Below are positions 18,927-27,931 of a stretch of DNA of 64,000 nt, piece by piece. The DNA is taken from positions 10,219-74,218 of the forward strand of contig JARKUF010000019.1 of assembly GCA_029974015.1 (NCBI GenBank), read 5' to 3'. Each line of letters starts with the position of its first letter. Position 1 is the stretch's first letter. Under the pieces are notes generated by a model. The model did no database searches. It saw nothing but the letters and a program-made list of their open reading frames with translations, and was not told the DNA's origin. Both the position numbers and the translations under genes were made by a program. The DNA is from Spirochaetota bacterium. GTDB taxonomy: Bacteria > Spirochaetota > UBA4802 > JAGODF01.

Positions 18927-20305
18927 GACAGGCCGCCCCTTGCGAGTTTTTCGTATGATTCCCGGAACTTTCTCCCCCGCTCTTCAAAATTTTCGAACAT
19001 GTCGAAGGAGGCGCAGGCCGGGGAAAGGAGGACCGCATCGCCGGGAAGGCTTATCCTCATGGCCGCCGCGACGGCCTCATCCAGAGTTTCCACTATCACC
19101 GGAGAGAATTCGGAAAACAGGCGTGAAAACTCATTTCTGGATTCCCCCAGAAGCACCAGGCCCCTCAAAGCTCCGCGCATTGCGCGCGCCAGGCGGGAGT
19201 AGTCATCGCCCTTTGTGCGTCCTCCTAAGATGAGGACCGCGGTGCCCTTGAAGCCCCTCAGGGCCGTCTCGACGGCGCCAACAGTGGTGGCCTTGGAATC
19301 GTTTATGAAAGTACGGCCTTCAAACACGCCAAGGCGCTCCATCCTGTGGGGAAGGCCCGGGAAGGAAGTGCATAGCTCCCCGAGGCGCGCCAGGTCGATA
19401 TCACCGCCCCTCCTTTCGAGGACAGAGACGACGAGAAGGAGGGACGCCATAGCGTTCAATATATTGTGGGGCCCCATGACCGCCATCGAGGACGTGCTGA
19501 AGACCGGGACCGCCCCGCCTCCCCTGCGAAGGAAGACCTTGCCGCCGTCGAGGAATGCGTCGGCGCCGGCGTCCCGCATGGAGAAGGAGAGCGGGCGGGA
19601 CTTCACCTGCCCCGGAAGCCCCCGCAGAATTTCATCGTCCTTAAAATACACAAAGCTGTCCTCGGATGTCTGGTTTCTTACAATGCGCATCTTCGCCGCC
19701 GCGTACTCCGCCATTCCCGGATAGCGGTCCAGATGGTCCGGAGTGATGTTAAGGACCGCCGCCGCGTCGGCGCGGAATGTATCGACGGTTTCGAGCTGGA
19801 ACGAGGAGAGCTCAATTACCGCCACGGAATCGTCGGAGGCCTCGTCGACGAGGGACACCAGGGGGATGCCGATATTGCCCCCCACTAGGGCCTTCACGCC
19901 GAGGCCGGAAAGCAAATGCCCCGTGAGGGCCGTCGTAGTCGATTTGCCGTCGGTGCCGGTAATCCCTATCACCCTCCCCTTCATATAACGGTACGCCAGC
20001 TCGATCTCCGCGATGACTTCAATTCCCCTCTCCCGCGCGGCCCGCACCAGGGGTACCGACTGGGGCACTCCGGGGCTTAAAACCAGGAGATCGAACCCGG
20101 CATCGAGGAGGGATGGGTCCTGGTGTCCGGCTGCGATCTTCACCGAGGGGTCCATCTTCTCGAGGACCGGGGCGAGATCGCCGTGGCTTTTCACGTCGTT
20201 CCCCGTGACCGCAAAGCCCCGCTTCGCCAAAAAATTGCACGCCCCGAGGCCGGTCCTGTGTCCCAGTCCCACTACGAGCGCCCTTTTTCCATTGCTCCCT
20301 TTCAT
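18917..20305 (-). CDS. murD: UDP-N-acetylmuramoylalanine--D-glutamate ligase
   Basis: I set the start at MKGSNGKRALVVGLG (ATG at 20305). GTDGKSTT is present. The track ORF extension to 20509 overlaps mraY and was rejected. Confidence 0.93.
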   Translation of the reverse strand: MKGSNGKRALVVGLGHRTGLGACNFLAKRGFAVTGNDVKSHGDLAPVLEKMDPSVKIAAGHQDPSLLDAGFDLLVLSPGVPQSVPLVRAARERGIEVIAEIELAYRYMKGRVIGITGTDGKSTTTALTGHLLSGLGVKALVGGNIGIPLVSLVDEASDDSVAVIELSSFQLETVDTFRADAAAVLNITPDHLDRYPGMAEYAAAKMRIVRNQTSEDSFVYFKDDEILRGLPGQVKSRPLSFSMRDAGADAFLDGGKVFLRRGGGAVPVFSTSSMAVMGPHNILNAMASLLLVVSVLERRGGDIDLARLGELCTSFPGLPHRMERLGVFEGRTFINDSKATTVGAVETALRGFKGTAVLILGGRTKGDDYSRLARAMRGALRGLVLLGESRNEFSRLFSEFSPVIVETLDEAVAAAMRISLPGDAVLLSPACASFDMFENFEERGRKFRESYEKLARGGLSWM

Positions 20306-20315
20306 CCCCGCCGAC

Positions 20316-21401
20316 TCACAGTATTTTAAGCGAACTGAGTCCCAGTATCGCCAAGATGATGCCAAGGATCCACATGCGCACCACCACCTTCTGCTCGGGC
20401 CAGCCCGAAAGCTCGAAATGGTGATGGATGGGGGCCATTTTGAAGACCCGTTTCCCCCGAAGTTTAAACGAAACGACCTGTATAATGACCGAGAGGGCCT
20501 CGAGTACAAATACTCCGCCCACGATGAACAGGAAAATTTCTTTTTTGATCATGATAGCCGCGACGCCGACGACGCCGCCCAGGGCCAGGGAGCCCGTGTC
20601 CCCCATGAAGACCGTGGCGGGATTGCAGTTGAACCAGAGGAACCCAACGGTGGCCCCAACGAGGGCCGAGAGGAACACCGTGAGTTCGGCGCTTTCGGGG
20701 ATGTAGGGGATCTTCAGGTATTGGGCGATGTTCACATGTCCCGAGAGATACGCCATTATGGTAAGGGTCGAAGCCACGGCTATGACCGAACCGGCGGCGA
20801 GGCCGTCGAGCCCGTCGGTGAGGTTCACCGCGTTGGAGCTCCCCACGACGACTATGGCGGCGAAAGCTATCCACATCCAGGATAGGTCTGCCACGGCATG
20901 GGTGAAAAAAGGGACGAAGAGCTTCGATACATGGTCCGCACTGGAAGGATAGTAGAAAAGCAAAATCGCGGCGGCGAGCCCCACGGACACCTGGACCAGA
21001 AGCTTCACCCTGGCCGGAACCCCCTTTTTATTTTTCCGCACCGATTTGATGTAGTCGTCGGCAAAGCCGAGGGCGCCGAAGACCGCCGTAGCGCCGATGA
21101 GTATCCAGAGATAATAATTGAAGAAATTGCCCCAGAGAAAAATCGAGATGAAAACGGCCCCGAGGATGATGACGCCTCCCATGGTGGGGGTCCCTGCCTT
21201 CGATTTATGGCTTTCGGGCCCCAGCTCGCGGATTTCTTCCCCGAATTTCAGGCGGCGGAGCCAGGCGATGGCAAAGCGTCCGAAGATGAGGACAAGTACC
21301 AGAGAGGTGACCGCCGCGTAGGCCGAGCGGAACGAAATGTACCCGAAGAGCCGGAGCCAGGAAACATCGCTTTTAAAAGGCAGGAGCAAATGATAGAACA
21401 T
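20316..21401 (-). CDS. mraY: Phospho-N-acetylmuramoyl-pentapeptide transferase
   Basis: The protein is a polytopic transferase. Supporting motifs are NAVNLTDGLDGLA and APIHHHFE. Confidence 0.97.
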   Translation of the reverse strand: MFYHLLLPFKSDVSWLRLFGYISFRSAYAAVTSLVLVLIFGRFAIAWLRRLKFGEEIRELGPESHKSKAGTPTMGGVIILGAVFISIFLWGNFFNYYLWILIGATAVFGALGFADDYIKSVRKNKKGVPARVKLLVQVSVGLAAAILLFYYPSSADHVSKLFVPFFTHAVADLSWMWIAFAAIVVVGSSNAVNLTDGLDGLAAGSVIAVASTLTIMAYLSGHVNIAQYLKIPYIPESAELTVFLSALVGATVGFLWFNCNPATVFMGDTGSLALGGVVGVAAIMIKKEIFLFIVGGVFVLEALSVIIQVVSFKLRGKRVFKMAPIHHHFELSGWPEQKVVVRMWILGIILAILGLSSLKIL

Positions 21402-21408
21402 GATGATA

Positions 21409-22797
21409 TCAGTGAACCAGGGAGTTCACCACCTCCTCCATTTTCATTGACCTGGAGCCCTTCACCAGGACGATGTCGCCCTTCTTGAGGGACTTTTTAA
21501 GCGCGCCGGCTATCTCTTCCTTGCGCGTAAAATGCACGGCCCTTTCGGGCCCCATGCCCGCTTCCCGGGCCCCCCGGGAAATCTCCGCGGCGAGGCCGCC
21601 CCAGGTGCAGAGCATGTCGAAGCCCTCCTCCGCAACCCTGGCCCCCAGTTCCCGATGATACCGGGCCGCCCCTGCGCCCAGTTCCCTCATGTCCGAAAGC
21701 ACCGCTATTTTACGGGCCTTCCCCGCCACGAGGGCCGCCGAGGCCAGGGCGCTTTTACAGGAAAGAGGATTGGAATTGTAAGTGTCGTTGATTATAATAA
21801 AGCCCCTGTCGATGACTTCGTCCCGCATCCCCACGGAATGGAAACCCTCCAGGGCCCGGCGAATTCCAGCGGCCTCGACGCCAAGCCTCCGTGCGAGGGC
21901 CACGGAGACGAGAAGGTTCGACACATTATGGAGCCCGTAGAGGGGCGCCCGATACTCGTCCCCCAGGTAGGTCAGGGTGGCCCCTTCCAGGTCTATTGAA
22001 AAGGAACCGGGGACGATATCGGCGGCCCCTTCGAGGGCGAAGGTGAGGACTTCCAGGCCCCGTTCCCCGGCGTGTTTGATAATGAAGTCCGCGCACTCGG
22101 TTTCGGAGTTCATAAGAAGGAGGGAGCCGGGCTTCATACCGGAAACGATCTCAGCCTTCGCCCGAGCCACGTTCTCCACGGAACCCAAAAACTCAAGATG
22201 CCCCGGGCCGACATTGGTAATAATGGCGATGTCGGGGGCGGCCGCCATCGAAAGTCGTCCGATCTCGCCGGGGTGGTTCATCCCCATCTCAATTACCGAG
22301 AACTCATCTTCCTCCCGAAGTCCCAGGATGGCATGGGGCACGCCTATCTCATTGTTGTAGTTCTTTTCGTTTTTATGGGTGCGGTACCGTGAGGCCAGGA
22401 GGGCGGCCAATATTTCCTTCGTCGTGGTTTTCCCGCTTGTCCCGGTGATGCCAATCACCTTCGCCTTCATTGCCGCGCGGTGGGCCCGGGCCATGAGGCC
22501 ATAGGACGCCAGGGTGTCGGCGCAGAGGACCGCCGCCTTTCCCGCGGCCTCCGCCGCCGGAGCGAAGTCGCGCCTTTCGGTAAGAAAGCCCGCCAGGTTT
22601 CCTTCCTCCAGTATCCCGGAAATGAAATCGTGGCCGTCGAAGCGCTCCCCCTTCAGGGGCACGAAAAACCCATTGGCCCCCAGGTCCCTTGAGTCGGTGG
22701 AGATGCCGTCAACACGCCGCGCCGGGTCGCCGCATATTAACGTCCCTCCGCTCATGGCGGCGACGGCCCCAACGGTTGTGGGGAAGTCCACCCTCAT
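21409..22797 (-). CDS. murF: UDP-N-acetylmuramoyl-tripeptide--D-alanyl-D-alanine ligase
   Basis: The protein is a Mur ligase with GITGTSGKTTTKE. It sits between murE and mraY. Confidence 0.93.
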   Translation of the reverse strand: MRVDFPTTVGAVAAMSGGTLICGDPARRVDGISTDSRDLGANGFFVPLKGERFDGHDFISGILEEGNLAGFLTERRDFAPAAEAAGKAAVLCADTLASYGLMARAHRAAMKAKVIGITGTSGKTTTKEILAALLASRYRTHKNEKNYNNEIGVPHAILGLREEDEFSVIEMGMNHPGEIGRLSMAAAPDIAIITNVGPGHLEFLGSVENVARAKAEIVSGMKPGSLLLMNSETECADFIIKHAGERGLEVLTFALEGAADIVPGSFSIDLEGATLTYLGDEYRAPLYGLHNVSNLLVSVALARRLGVEAAGIRRALEGFHSVGMRDEVIDRGFIIINDTYNSNPLSCKSALASAALVAGKARKIAVLSDMRELGAGAARYHRELGARVAEEGFDMLCTWGGLAAEISRGAREAGMGPERAVHFTRKEEIAGALKKSLKKGDIVLVKGSRSMKMEEVVNSLVH

Positions 22798-24332
22798 CTT
22801 GCCTCCCTGACATCGATGAGTTCGCGGACGGTTTCCCTATCATCGAAGTGCTGCTTTATCTCGCCGATAATCTGATAGTCCTCATGCCCCTTGCCGGCGA
22901 CGACCACAATATCGCCCCGCTTCGCCATGGATACGGCCCCGGCAATCGCGGCCCGGCGGTCGGGGACCACTTCCCAGTTCGTCCCGGAAACGCCTTTGAG
23001 AATATCGTCTATAATGTCTCCGGGGCGCTCCCTGCGCGGATTGTCGCTCGTCACGATGACATGGTCCGATAGCTCCGCGGCGGCCTTCCCCATGAGGGGG
23101 CGCTTGGTCCGGTCGCGGTTTCCTCCGCAACCGAAAACTGTGATGAGCCGCGACGGAGCGAGCTCCCGGACCGACATGAGGAGCTTTCGGAGGGCGTCGT
23201 CGGTGTGGGCGTAGTCTACAATGACATGAAAACCGAGGGGCGAGGCGATGGTGTCGAAGCGCCCCGGCACCGTCTTCATCGCCTCAAGGCCTTCAAGGGC
23301 CGCCCGGAGGGGCACACCGATTTCCAGGGCCGCGGCAAGGGCGGCAAGGGAATTGTAAACGTTAAAGCGCCCTCCCATCCCGAGCTTCACTTCGGCGCGG
23401 CCTCCGGGGGTGTCCGCGATATATGAAAGGCCGTCAATCCTGTTGACGATGCTCGACTCCTGTATCCTGTACTCGGCGTCCGCGGCGATGCCATAGCCGA
23501 GGAGCGGGTAGCCCCAGTCGGCGCGGCTTTCGCGGACCCGGACGCCATAGCCGTCGTCGAGGTTCACGAGGCCGGTTTTCTTTTTCTTCACGCTTCTGTT
23601 CAGAATGGAAAAAAGCTTTTTCTTGGCGGAAAAATACCGCTCGAAATCATGGTGAAAGTCGAGGTGGTCCCGGGACAAATTAGTGAAAACCGCGGCATCG
23701 AAATCGATGTCGTCGGCGCGAAAAAGCTCAAGGCCATGGGACGATACTTCCATGATTAAGCAATCGACGCCGTCGGAGGCCATGCGGGCCATGAGCTCCT
23801 GAAGGTCACGCGATTCTGGCGTGGTGTTGGGGGCCGCCTCGCGCGCCCCCTTCCACCGGTAGTCGATGGTGCCGATGACGCCGGGGGACAATCCGGCCGC
23901 CTTCGCGATCGATTCAAGCATGTAGGTGAAGGAGGTCTTCCCATTGGTGCCGGTGACGCCAATTACCTTCATCTTCCGGGAAGGAAAGCCGAAGAAGGCG
24001 GCGGAAATCCGCGAAAGGGCCCTGCGGCCGTCTTTCGCGGCCAATACGGCGCACCCCTTCCCGGCAAGGGGTGCGAACTCCCCGGCCCTCTCCTCCGAAA
24101 CGACAATAGCGCAAGCGCCCAGTTCCGCGGCGCTTGCGGCGTAGCCGTGGCCGTCCCGCGAAAAACCCTCGACGGCAACGAAGAGCGACCCCTCGCGCAC
24201 CCGGCGGGAATCGTATTCAACAGAGGCTACGGAAGCGGAGGCATCGCCGGAGACGAGGACGAGGCGGCCTTCAAGCCTCTCCATCAGCTCCGCGACGGTC
24301 CGGGGGGCGGCTTTCGGGTCCCCGTCCCTCAT
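22794..24332 (-). CDS. murE: UDP-N-acetylmuramoyl-L-alanyl-D-glutamate--2,6-diaminopimelate ligase
   Basis: GVTGTNGKTS is present. A DNPR motif (TSDNPRRE) is consistent with meso-DAP specificity. The start overlaps the ftsL-like stop. Confidence 0.93.
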   Translation of the reverse strand: MRDGDPKAAPRTVAELMERLEGRLVLVSGDASASVASVEYDSRRVREGSLFVAVEGFSRDGHGYAASAAELGACAIVVSEERAGEFAPLAGKGCAVLAAKDGRRALSRISAAFFGFPSRKMKVIGVTGTNGKTSFTYMLESIAKAAGLSPGVIGTIDYRWKGAREAAPNTTPESRDLQELMARMASDGVDCLIMEVSSHGLELFRADDIDFDAAVFTNLSRDHLDFHHDFERYFSAKKKLFSILNRSVKKKKTGLVNLDDGYGVRVRESRADWGYPLLGYGIAADAEYRIQESSIVNRIDGLSYIADTPGGRAEVKLGMGGRFNVYNSLAALAAALEIGVPLRAALEGLEAMKTVPGRFDTIASPLGFHVIVDYAHTDDALRKLLMSVRELAPSRLITVFGCGGNRDRTKRPLMGKAAAELSDHVIVTSDNPRRERPGDIIDDILKGVSGTNWEVVPDRRAAIAGAVSMAKRGDIVVVAGKGHEDYQIIGEIKQHFDDRETVRELIDVREAR

Positions 24333-24616
24333 TTTTCTTTCCTGTCGACTTTAAAGGTTTTCATGTTTCCCGGATGTATCCTCACCATGCCGTTACGGGC
24401 CGCGTACCGCTCCACGAGGTCGATCCGCCGAAGCCGCTCGATTTCGTACAGGAGCCTGTCGTTTTTTTTCATGAGTTCCGCTTCCTTCCTGGACCCTGCC
24501 CGGCATTCCATTTTAACGCGCATAACGGATATGTTCTGCCACACGTACAGGACCGCAAAGACGATTACAAATCCCGCGATGATGGGGTATCCCGCCTCTG
24601 AGCCGTCGCGCATCAC
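24329..24616 (-). CDS. ftsL: FtsL-like small bitopic division protein
   Basis: The 95-aa product has one TM segment (YPIIAGFVIVFAVLYVW) followed by a coiled-coil-like segment. It sits between rsmH and murE. Confidence 0.6.
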   Translation of the reverse strand: MMRDGSEAGYPIIAGFVIVFAVLYVWQNISVMRVKMECRAGSRKEAELMKKNDRLLYEIERLRRIDLVERYAARNGMVRIHPGNMKTFKVDRKEK

Positions 24617-25545
24617 AGCCTCTCCACCACTCTAAGTTTCGCGCTGCGCGCCCTTTTGTTCGCCGCCGCTTCCGCGTCACCCGGGACAACCGGCTTCTTC
24701 GTCAGGACCCTCACCAGGGGCGCGCCGTTACAGCGGCATTCCTTCTCTTCGCAAGCGCACCCGCGGGCCGCGCGGCGGAAGGCGTTCTTCACGATACGGT
24801 CTTCCAGGGAGTGAAACGAAATAGCGCAAATCCTCCCTCCCGGCGCGGCGAGGTCCAGGGCGGCCCGCAGGGACGGCCCGATGGCCGAGAGCTCGTCGTT
24901 GACTGCTATCCGCAGGGCCTGGAAGACGCGCGTAGCGGGATGGATGTTCTTCACGTGGAAGCGCGCCGGAATCGCCCGCAGGACAATCCGCGCGAGCTCA
25001 CCGGTGGTTTCGATCGGCGACTTTTCGCGGCTGCTGCAAATAGACCGTGCAATCCGCCGGGCCCACCGCTCCTCACCATATACGGATATGATTTCAGTCA
25101 ACTCCATTTCCGAGGAGCGCTCCAGGATGTCGCGGGCGTTCATGCCGCACTTCCCGTCAAGACGCATGTCCAGAGGCTCGTCCGCCCTGAAGGAAAACCC
25201 CCGGCCGCTTCTGTCGAAATGGTATGAAGAAATCCCGAAGTCATAAAGAAATCCCGCAACTTTTCCTTTCATCTCCCCGAGCCGTTCCCCGAGGCCCATA
25301 AAGTTGGCGTTCACATATTCAATCCTGTGTGAAAACTCCAATAGCCTCGTTTGCGCGATATTAAGAATCTCAGCATCGCGCTCAAAGGCAATGATACTCG
25401 CTTTCGGAAACGCCCGAAGGAGAAGCTCGGAATGCCCTCCTTCGCCGAGAGTGCAATCGACTAAAACCCCGCCCTCAGGGGAAACCACGGGCGCAAAAAA
25501 ATCCCTGACCTCCTCCCATAGTACGGGCATGTGGGCGTAGGGCAT
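24613..25545 (-). CDS. rsmH: 16S rRNA (cytosine1402-N4)-methyltransferase
   Basis: The HMPVL start region, DCTLGEGGHS and SFHSLEDRIVK are typical of RsmH/MraW. Confidence 0.95.
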   Translation of the reverse strand: MPYAHMPVLWEEVRDFFAPVVSPEGGVLVDCTLGEGGHSELLLRAFPKASIIAFERDAEILNIAQTRLLEFSHRIEYVNANFMGLGERLGEMKGKVAGFLYDFGISSYHFDRSGRGFSFRADEPLDMRLDGKCGMNARDILERSSEMELTEIISVYGEERWARRIARSICSSREKSPIETTGELARIVLRAIPARFHVKNIHPATRVFQALRIAVNDELSAIGPSLRAALDLAAPGGRICAISFHSLEDRIVKNAFRRAARGCACEEKECRCNGAPLVRVLTKKPVVPGDAEAAANKRARSAKLRVVERL

Positions 25546-25604
25546 GCTCTCCCCTTAATCAAGATTATGTCTCATTAGACCCTTCAGTTTTTTGCCGGAA
25601 GGCA

Positions 25605-26042
25605 TTAAAAACCCAGGTCCTTCGCAAAATCGCTCAACTTATCGCCGCTGGGCTTGTACTGGCTGTAGGCCGCCGAGTCCCATATTTCTATTCTATTGTA
25701 GAGACCGAGGACCGTTACGTCTTTTTTTATACCCGCATGCTCCTTCAGATGAGTGGGAATGATGATCCTCCCCTGCTTGTCAAGCTCGCAATCGTAGGCG
25801 CCGCCGACGAAGTATCTCACCATCAAGGCGTTTCTGGGGGTGGAATCCGTGGCATTGATGAGGCGCTGTTTAACGAATTCCTTCCAATCTTCCTGCCGAT
25901 AGGCCATGATGCATTTTTCGAACCCGTAGGTGACGATGAGCCTGTCGATAATCGCATCGTCCCCGAAGGCCTTCCTGAGTTTGATTGGAATCGCCACCCT
26001 GCCCTTTTCATCAAGGGAAGGGCGGTATTCTCCCATAAACAT
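25605..26042 (-). CDS. mraZ: Transcriptional regulator MraZ
   Basis: The sequence MFMGEYRPSLDEKGRVAIP, together with a second DKQGRIIIP repeat, shows the duplicated SpoVT/AbrB-like fold. I set the start at the ATG at 26042, which has GGGGGA about 8 nt upstream. Confidence 0.92.
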   Translation of the reverse strand: MFMGEYRPSLDEKGRVAIPIKLRKAFGDDAIIDRLIVTYGFEKCIMAYRQEDWKEFVKQRLINATDSTPRNALMVRYFVGGAYDCELDKQGRIIIPTHLKEHAGIKKDVTVLGLYNRIEIWDSAAYSQYKPSGDKLSDFAKDLGF

Positions 26043-26070
26043 TGCACGATCCCCCAAAACTGGAGCCGCT

Positions 26071-26123
26071 CAACACCAACCCCCACTTTTCCCCACAGTA
26101 GGACATTAAGTGACATAAGTCAA
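26071..26123 (-). promoter_or_regulatory. Candidate dcw promoter with MraZ-box-like direct repeats
   Basis: On the minus strand, TTGACT (26123-26118) is followed by 17 nt and TACTGT (26100-26095). This is followed by GTGGGGaaaaGTGGGGgttgGTGTTG, three hexamers at 10-nt period (26096-26071). Confidence 0.35.
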
Positions 26124-26216
26124 GAAAAAAATGAAAGTTTGCCTTCTTGTAGTAGTAAATTTTTACTCATATAATACTACACGCATGGATAGTCTTTTTA
26201 AGGTGCTTTTATAAGT

Positions 26217-26274
26217 ATTGTTTTCCCGCCCGCCGAAGGCGGGCGGGAAAACAATAGTTTATATAACTGCCCCA
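26217..26274. repeat. Interspersed hairpin repeat, copy C1
   Basis: The perfect extended hairpin is ATTGTTTTCCCGCCCGCC-gaag-GCGGGCGGGAAAACAAT (26217-26255). AACTGCCCC follows at 26266-26274. Confidence 0.85.
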
Positions 26275-26317
26275 TATTATCTATCAATTTTAAGTTGTTG
26301 ATATTCTAAGGACCCGG

Positions 26318-26430
26318 CTTTCCTCGCAATACTTCGGCGAGGGAAAACCTGAGTCTTGAGATGTCAGCAGTTACAATTTATAGGGCCTATAAATTTTTTT
26401 TGAGGTCACTCATGATTTTTTTTGACTGCC
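26318..26430. repeat. Interspersed repeat, copy C2 (degenerate hairpin, conserved linker, A/T arm, TGACTGCCC)
   Basis: The degenerate hairpin is TTTCCTCGC...GCGAGGGAAA. The linker reverse-complement (ATAAATTGTAACTGCTGACATCTCAAGACTCAGG) matches the same module in copies D and E. TTTTTTTGAGGTCAC and TGACTGCCC (26422-26430) are also present. Confidence 0.7.
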
Positions 26431-26494
26431 CTGAAGGCTGAAGGAAGATAATTCTTAGAAACCCCGGAGAGGCGAGGCCCTCGGTTTGTACAGT

Positions 26495-27931
26495 TCAGTT
26501 GGGCCGGAGCGCTTTCACGGCTTCCACCATCTTCCCATAGATGCCGTCGAAGCTCCCATTGGACATGAGGAGGATGATGTGGTCCCCTCCCCTTTCGAGG
26601 TCGCGGACAACATCGTCCACGATGACCCCTGTGTCGGCGTAGAGCCCAGCATGAACACCGCGTACATTGATGTCGGCAATGACGGCGTCGATGTCGATGC
26701 GCTGCGCCTCCGGGAGGGCCTCAAGCTTGAAGGGGCGCGCGACATACACCCGGTCGGCCCGGAGGAAGGAGCCTGGAAGGCTCCCCTGGAACACATTGCG
26801 TCGGCTCGTGGCGGACCTGGGCTCGTAGACCGCGTGGATGCGGGCATTTGGAAAACGCCCGCGCATGGCGCCGATGAAGTACGCGATGGCGGTGGGGTGG
26901 TGGGCAAAATCTTCGTATACTCTCACGCCGGGCCCCTCGTAGATGAGCTCCTGGCGCCGTTTCACGCCGGTGAATGTCCTCACGCCTTCCGCGACGGCCT
27001 TCCCTTCAATACCGAGCCGCAGGGCCATTGCCGCGGCGGCGCAGATGTTCGCGTAGTTGTACGCCCCCATAAGCGTCGTTTCCATTTTGATTTCCCCGCC
27101 GGAGTGGCGCAAAGACAGGAGGGCGGCGCCACCGGAAATGCCGGTCTCAATGCAGGAAAAATCGCCCCCTTCACCAAAGCGGTGGAGACGCGAGCGGGAC
27201 ACCGCCACCGCCTCCTCCAGGGCCGGGTATTCCGTGGAGTACACTATCTCCCCCTCGGAGGGGACTATATTGACGAGACGCCGGAACCAGAGGGTAATTT
27301 CCTCCAGGTCCCGATAGATGTCGGCGTGATCGAACTCCAGTGAAGTGAGGAGGCAGTGCCGGGGACGATACAGCATGAACTTCGGCACCTTCTCAAAAAA
27401 GGCGGAGTCGTACTCGTCGCCCTCAATGACGAAGTATCGCCCTTCGCCAAGACGGAAGTTTCCATCGTAGTTTTTTGCCACACCTCCCACGAGAAAGGAA
27501 GGGTCGGTCCCCGCCGAATGCAGAATATGGGCCAGGAGCGCCGCCGTGGTGGTCTTCCCATGTGTCCCGGAGACCGATATCACCTCCCTCTGCCCCAGAA
27601 AGAAAGTGAAAAGGGCCTGTGCCATCGACATGTAAGGAAGGCCGCGGTTCAGAACCTCCTCCGCCTCGGGGTTCCCCCGACTGATCGCGTTCCCCACAAT
27701 TACCAGGTCCGGGCGGCCGATATTGCCCCCGGCGAATCCGTTTTTCACAGGGATTCCCCAGGACGACAGCATGCCGCTCATGGGCGGATAGACATGCTCA
27801 TCGGAGCCCGTCACCTCATATCCGAGCTCCTTCATCATCCCGGCCAGGGTGCCCATGGCGACCCCGCATATACCTACAAAATACACCTGCCGGATACCCG
27901 GCGCTTTCACATAGTTTTTTCCGGACATCAT
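26495..27931 (-). CDS. mpl: UDP-N-acetylmuramate:L-alanyl-gamma-D-glutamyl-meso-diaminopimelate ligase (Mpl)
   Basis: The protein is a MurC paralogue with the Mpl-typical N-terminus GICGVAMGTLAGMMKELGYEVTGSDEHVYPPMSGML, plus GTHGKTTT. I set the start at the ATG overlapping the upstream stop (TGATG). Confidence 0.85.
   Translation of the reverse strand: MMSGKNYVKAPGIRQVYFVGICGVAMGTLAGMMKELGYEVTGSDEHVYPPMSGMLSSWGIPVKNGFAGGNIGRPDLVIVGNAISRGNPEAEEVLNRGLPYMSMAQALFTFFLGQREVISVSGTHGKTTTAALLAHILHSAGTDPSFLVGGVAKNYDGNFRLGEGRYFVIEGDEYDSAFFEKVPKFMLYRPRHCLLTSLEFDHADIYRDLEEITLWFRRLVNIVPSEGEIVYSTEYPALEEAVAVSRSRLHRFGEGGDFSCIETGISGGAALLSLRHSGGEIKMETTLMGAYNYANICAAAAMALRLGIEGKAVAEGVRTFTGVKRRQELIYEGPGVRVYEDFAHHPTAIAYFIGAMRGRFPNARIHAVYEPRSATSRRNVFQGSLPGSFLRADRVYVARPFKLEALPEAQRIDIDAVIADINVRGVHAGLYADTGVIVDDVVRDLERGGDHIILLMSNGSFDGIYGKMVEAVKALRPN

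Noticed and set aside
20306-20509. N-terminal extensions of track ORFs (murD to 20509; also the AmgK-like gene to 12006, the TrkA-like gene to 42098, uvrA to 62253, and nfi to 7500)
   Set aside because: - The extensions overlap the 3' ends of upstream genes or run through repeat elements.
- They have no homology-like content.
- Except for nfi, internal ATGs with RBS-like purine-rich tracts (GGAGG, GGGAGGT, GGCGGGG) or ATGA coupling give family-typical N-termini.
- For nfi, the internal ATG was chosen on Nfi length alone.
26217-26255. GC hairpins as rho-independent terminators
   Set aside because: In both orientations the GC stem is flanked by A on the 3' side and T on the 5' side, so the flanks pair and extend the stem. 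No free U-tract follows. Several copies also sit in 5' regions of genes rather than after stops.
26486-27343. 285-aa plus-strand ORF
   Set aside because: It is antisense to mpl, which has strong Mur-ligase motifs, and it shows no motifs of its own.
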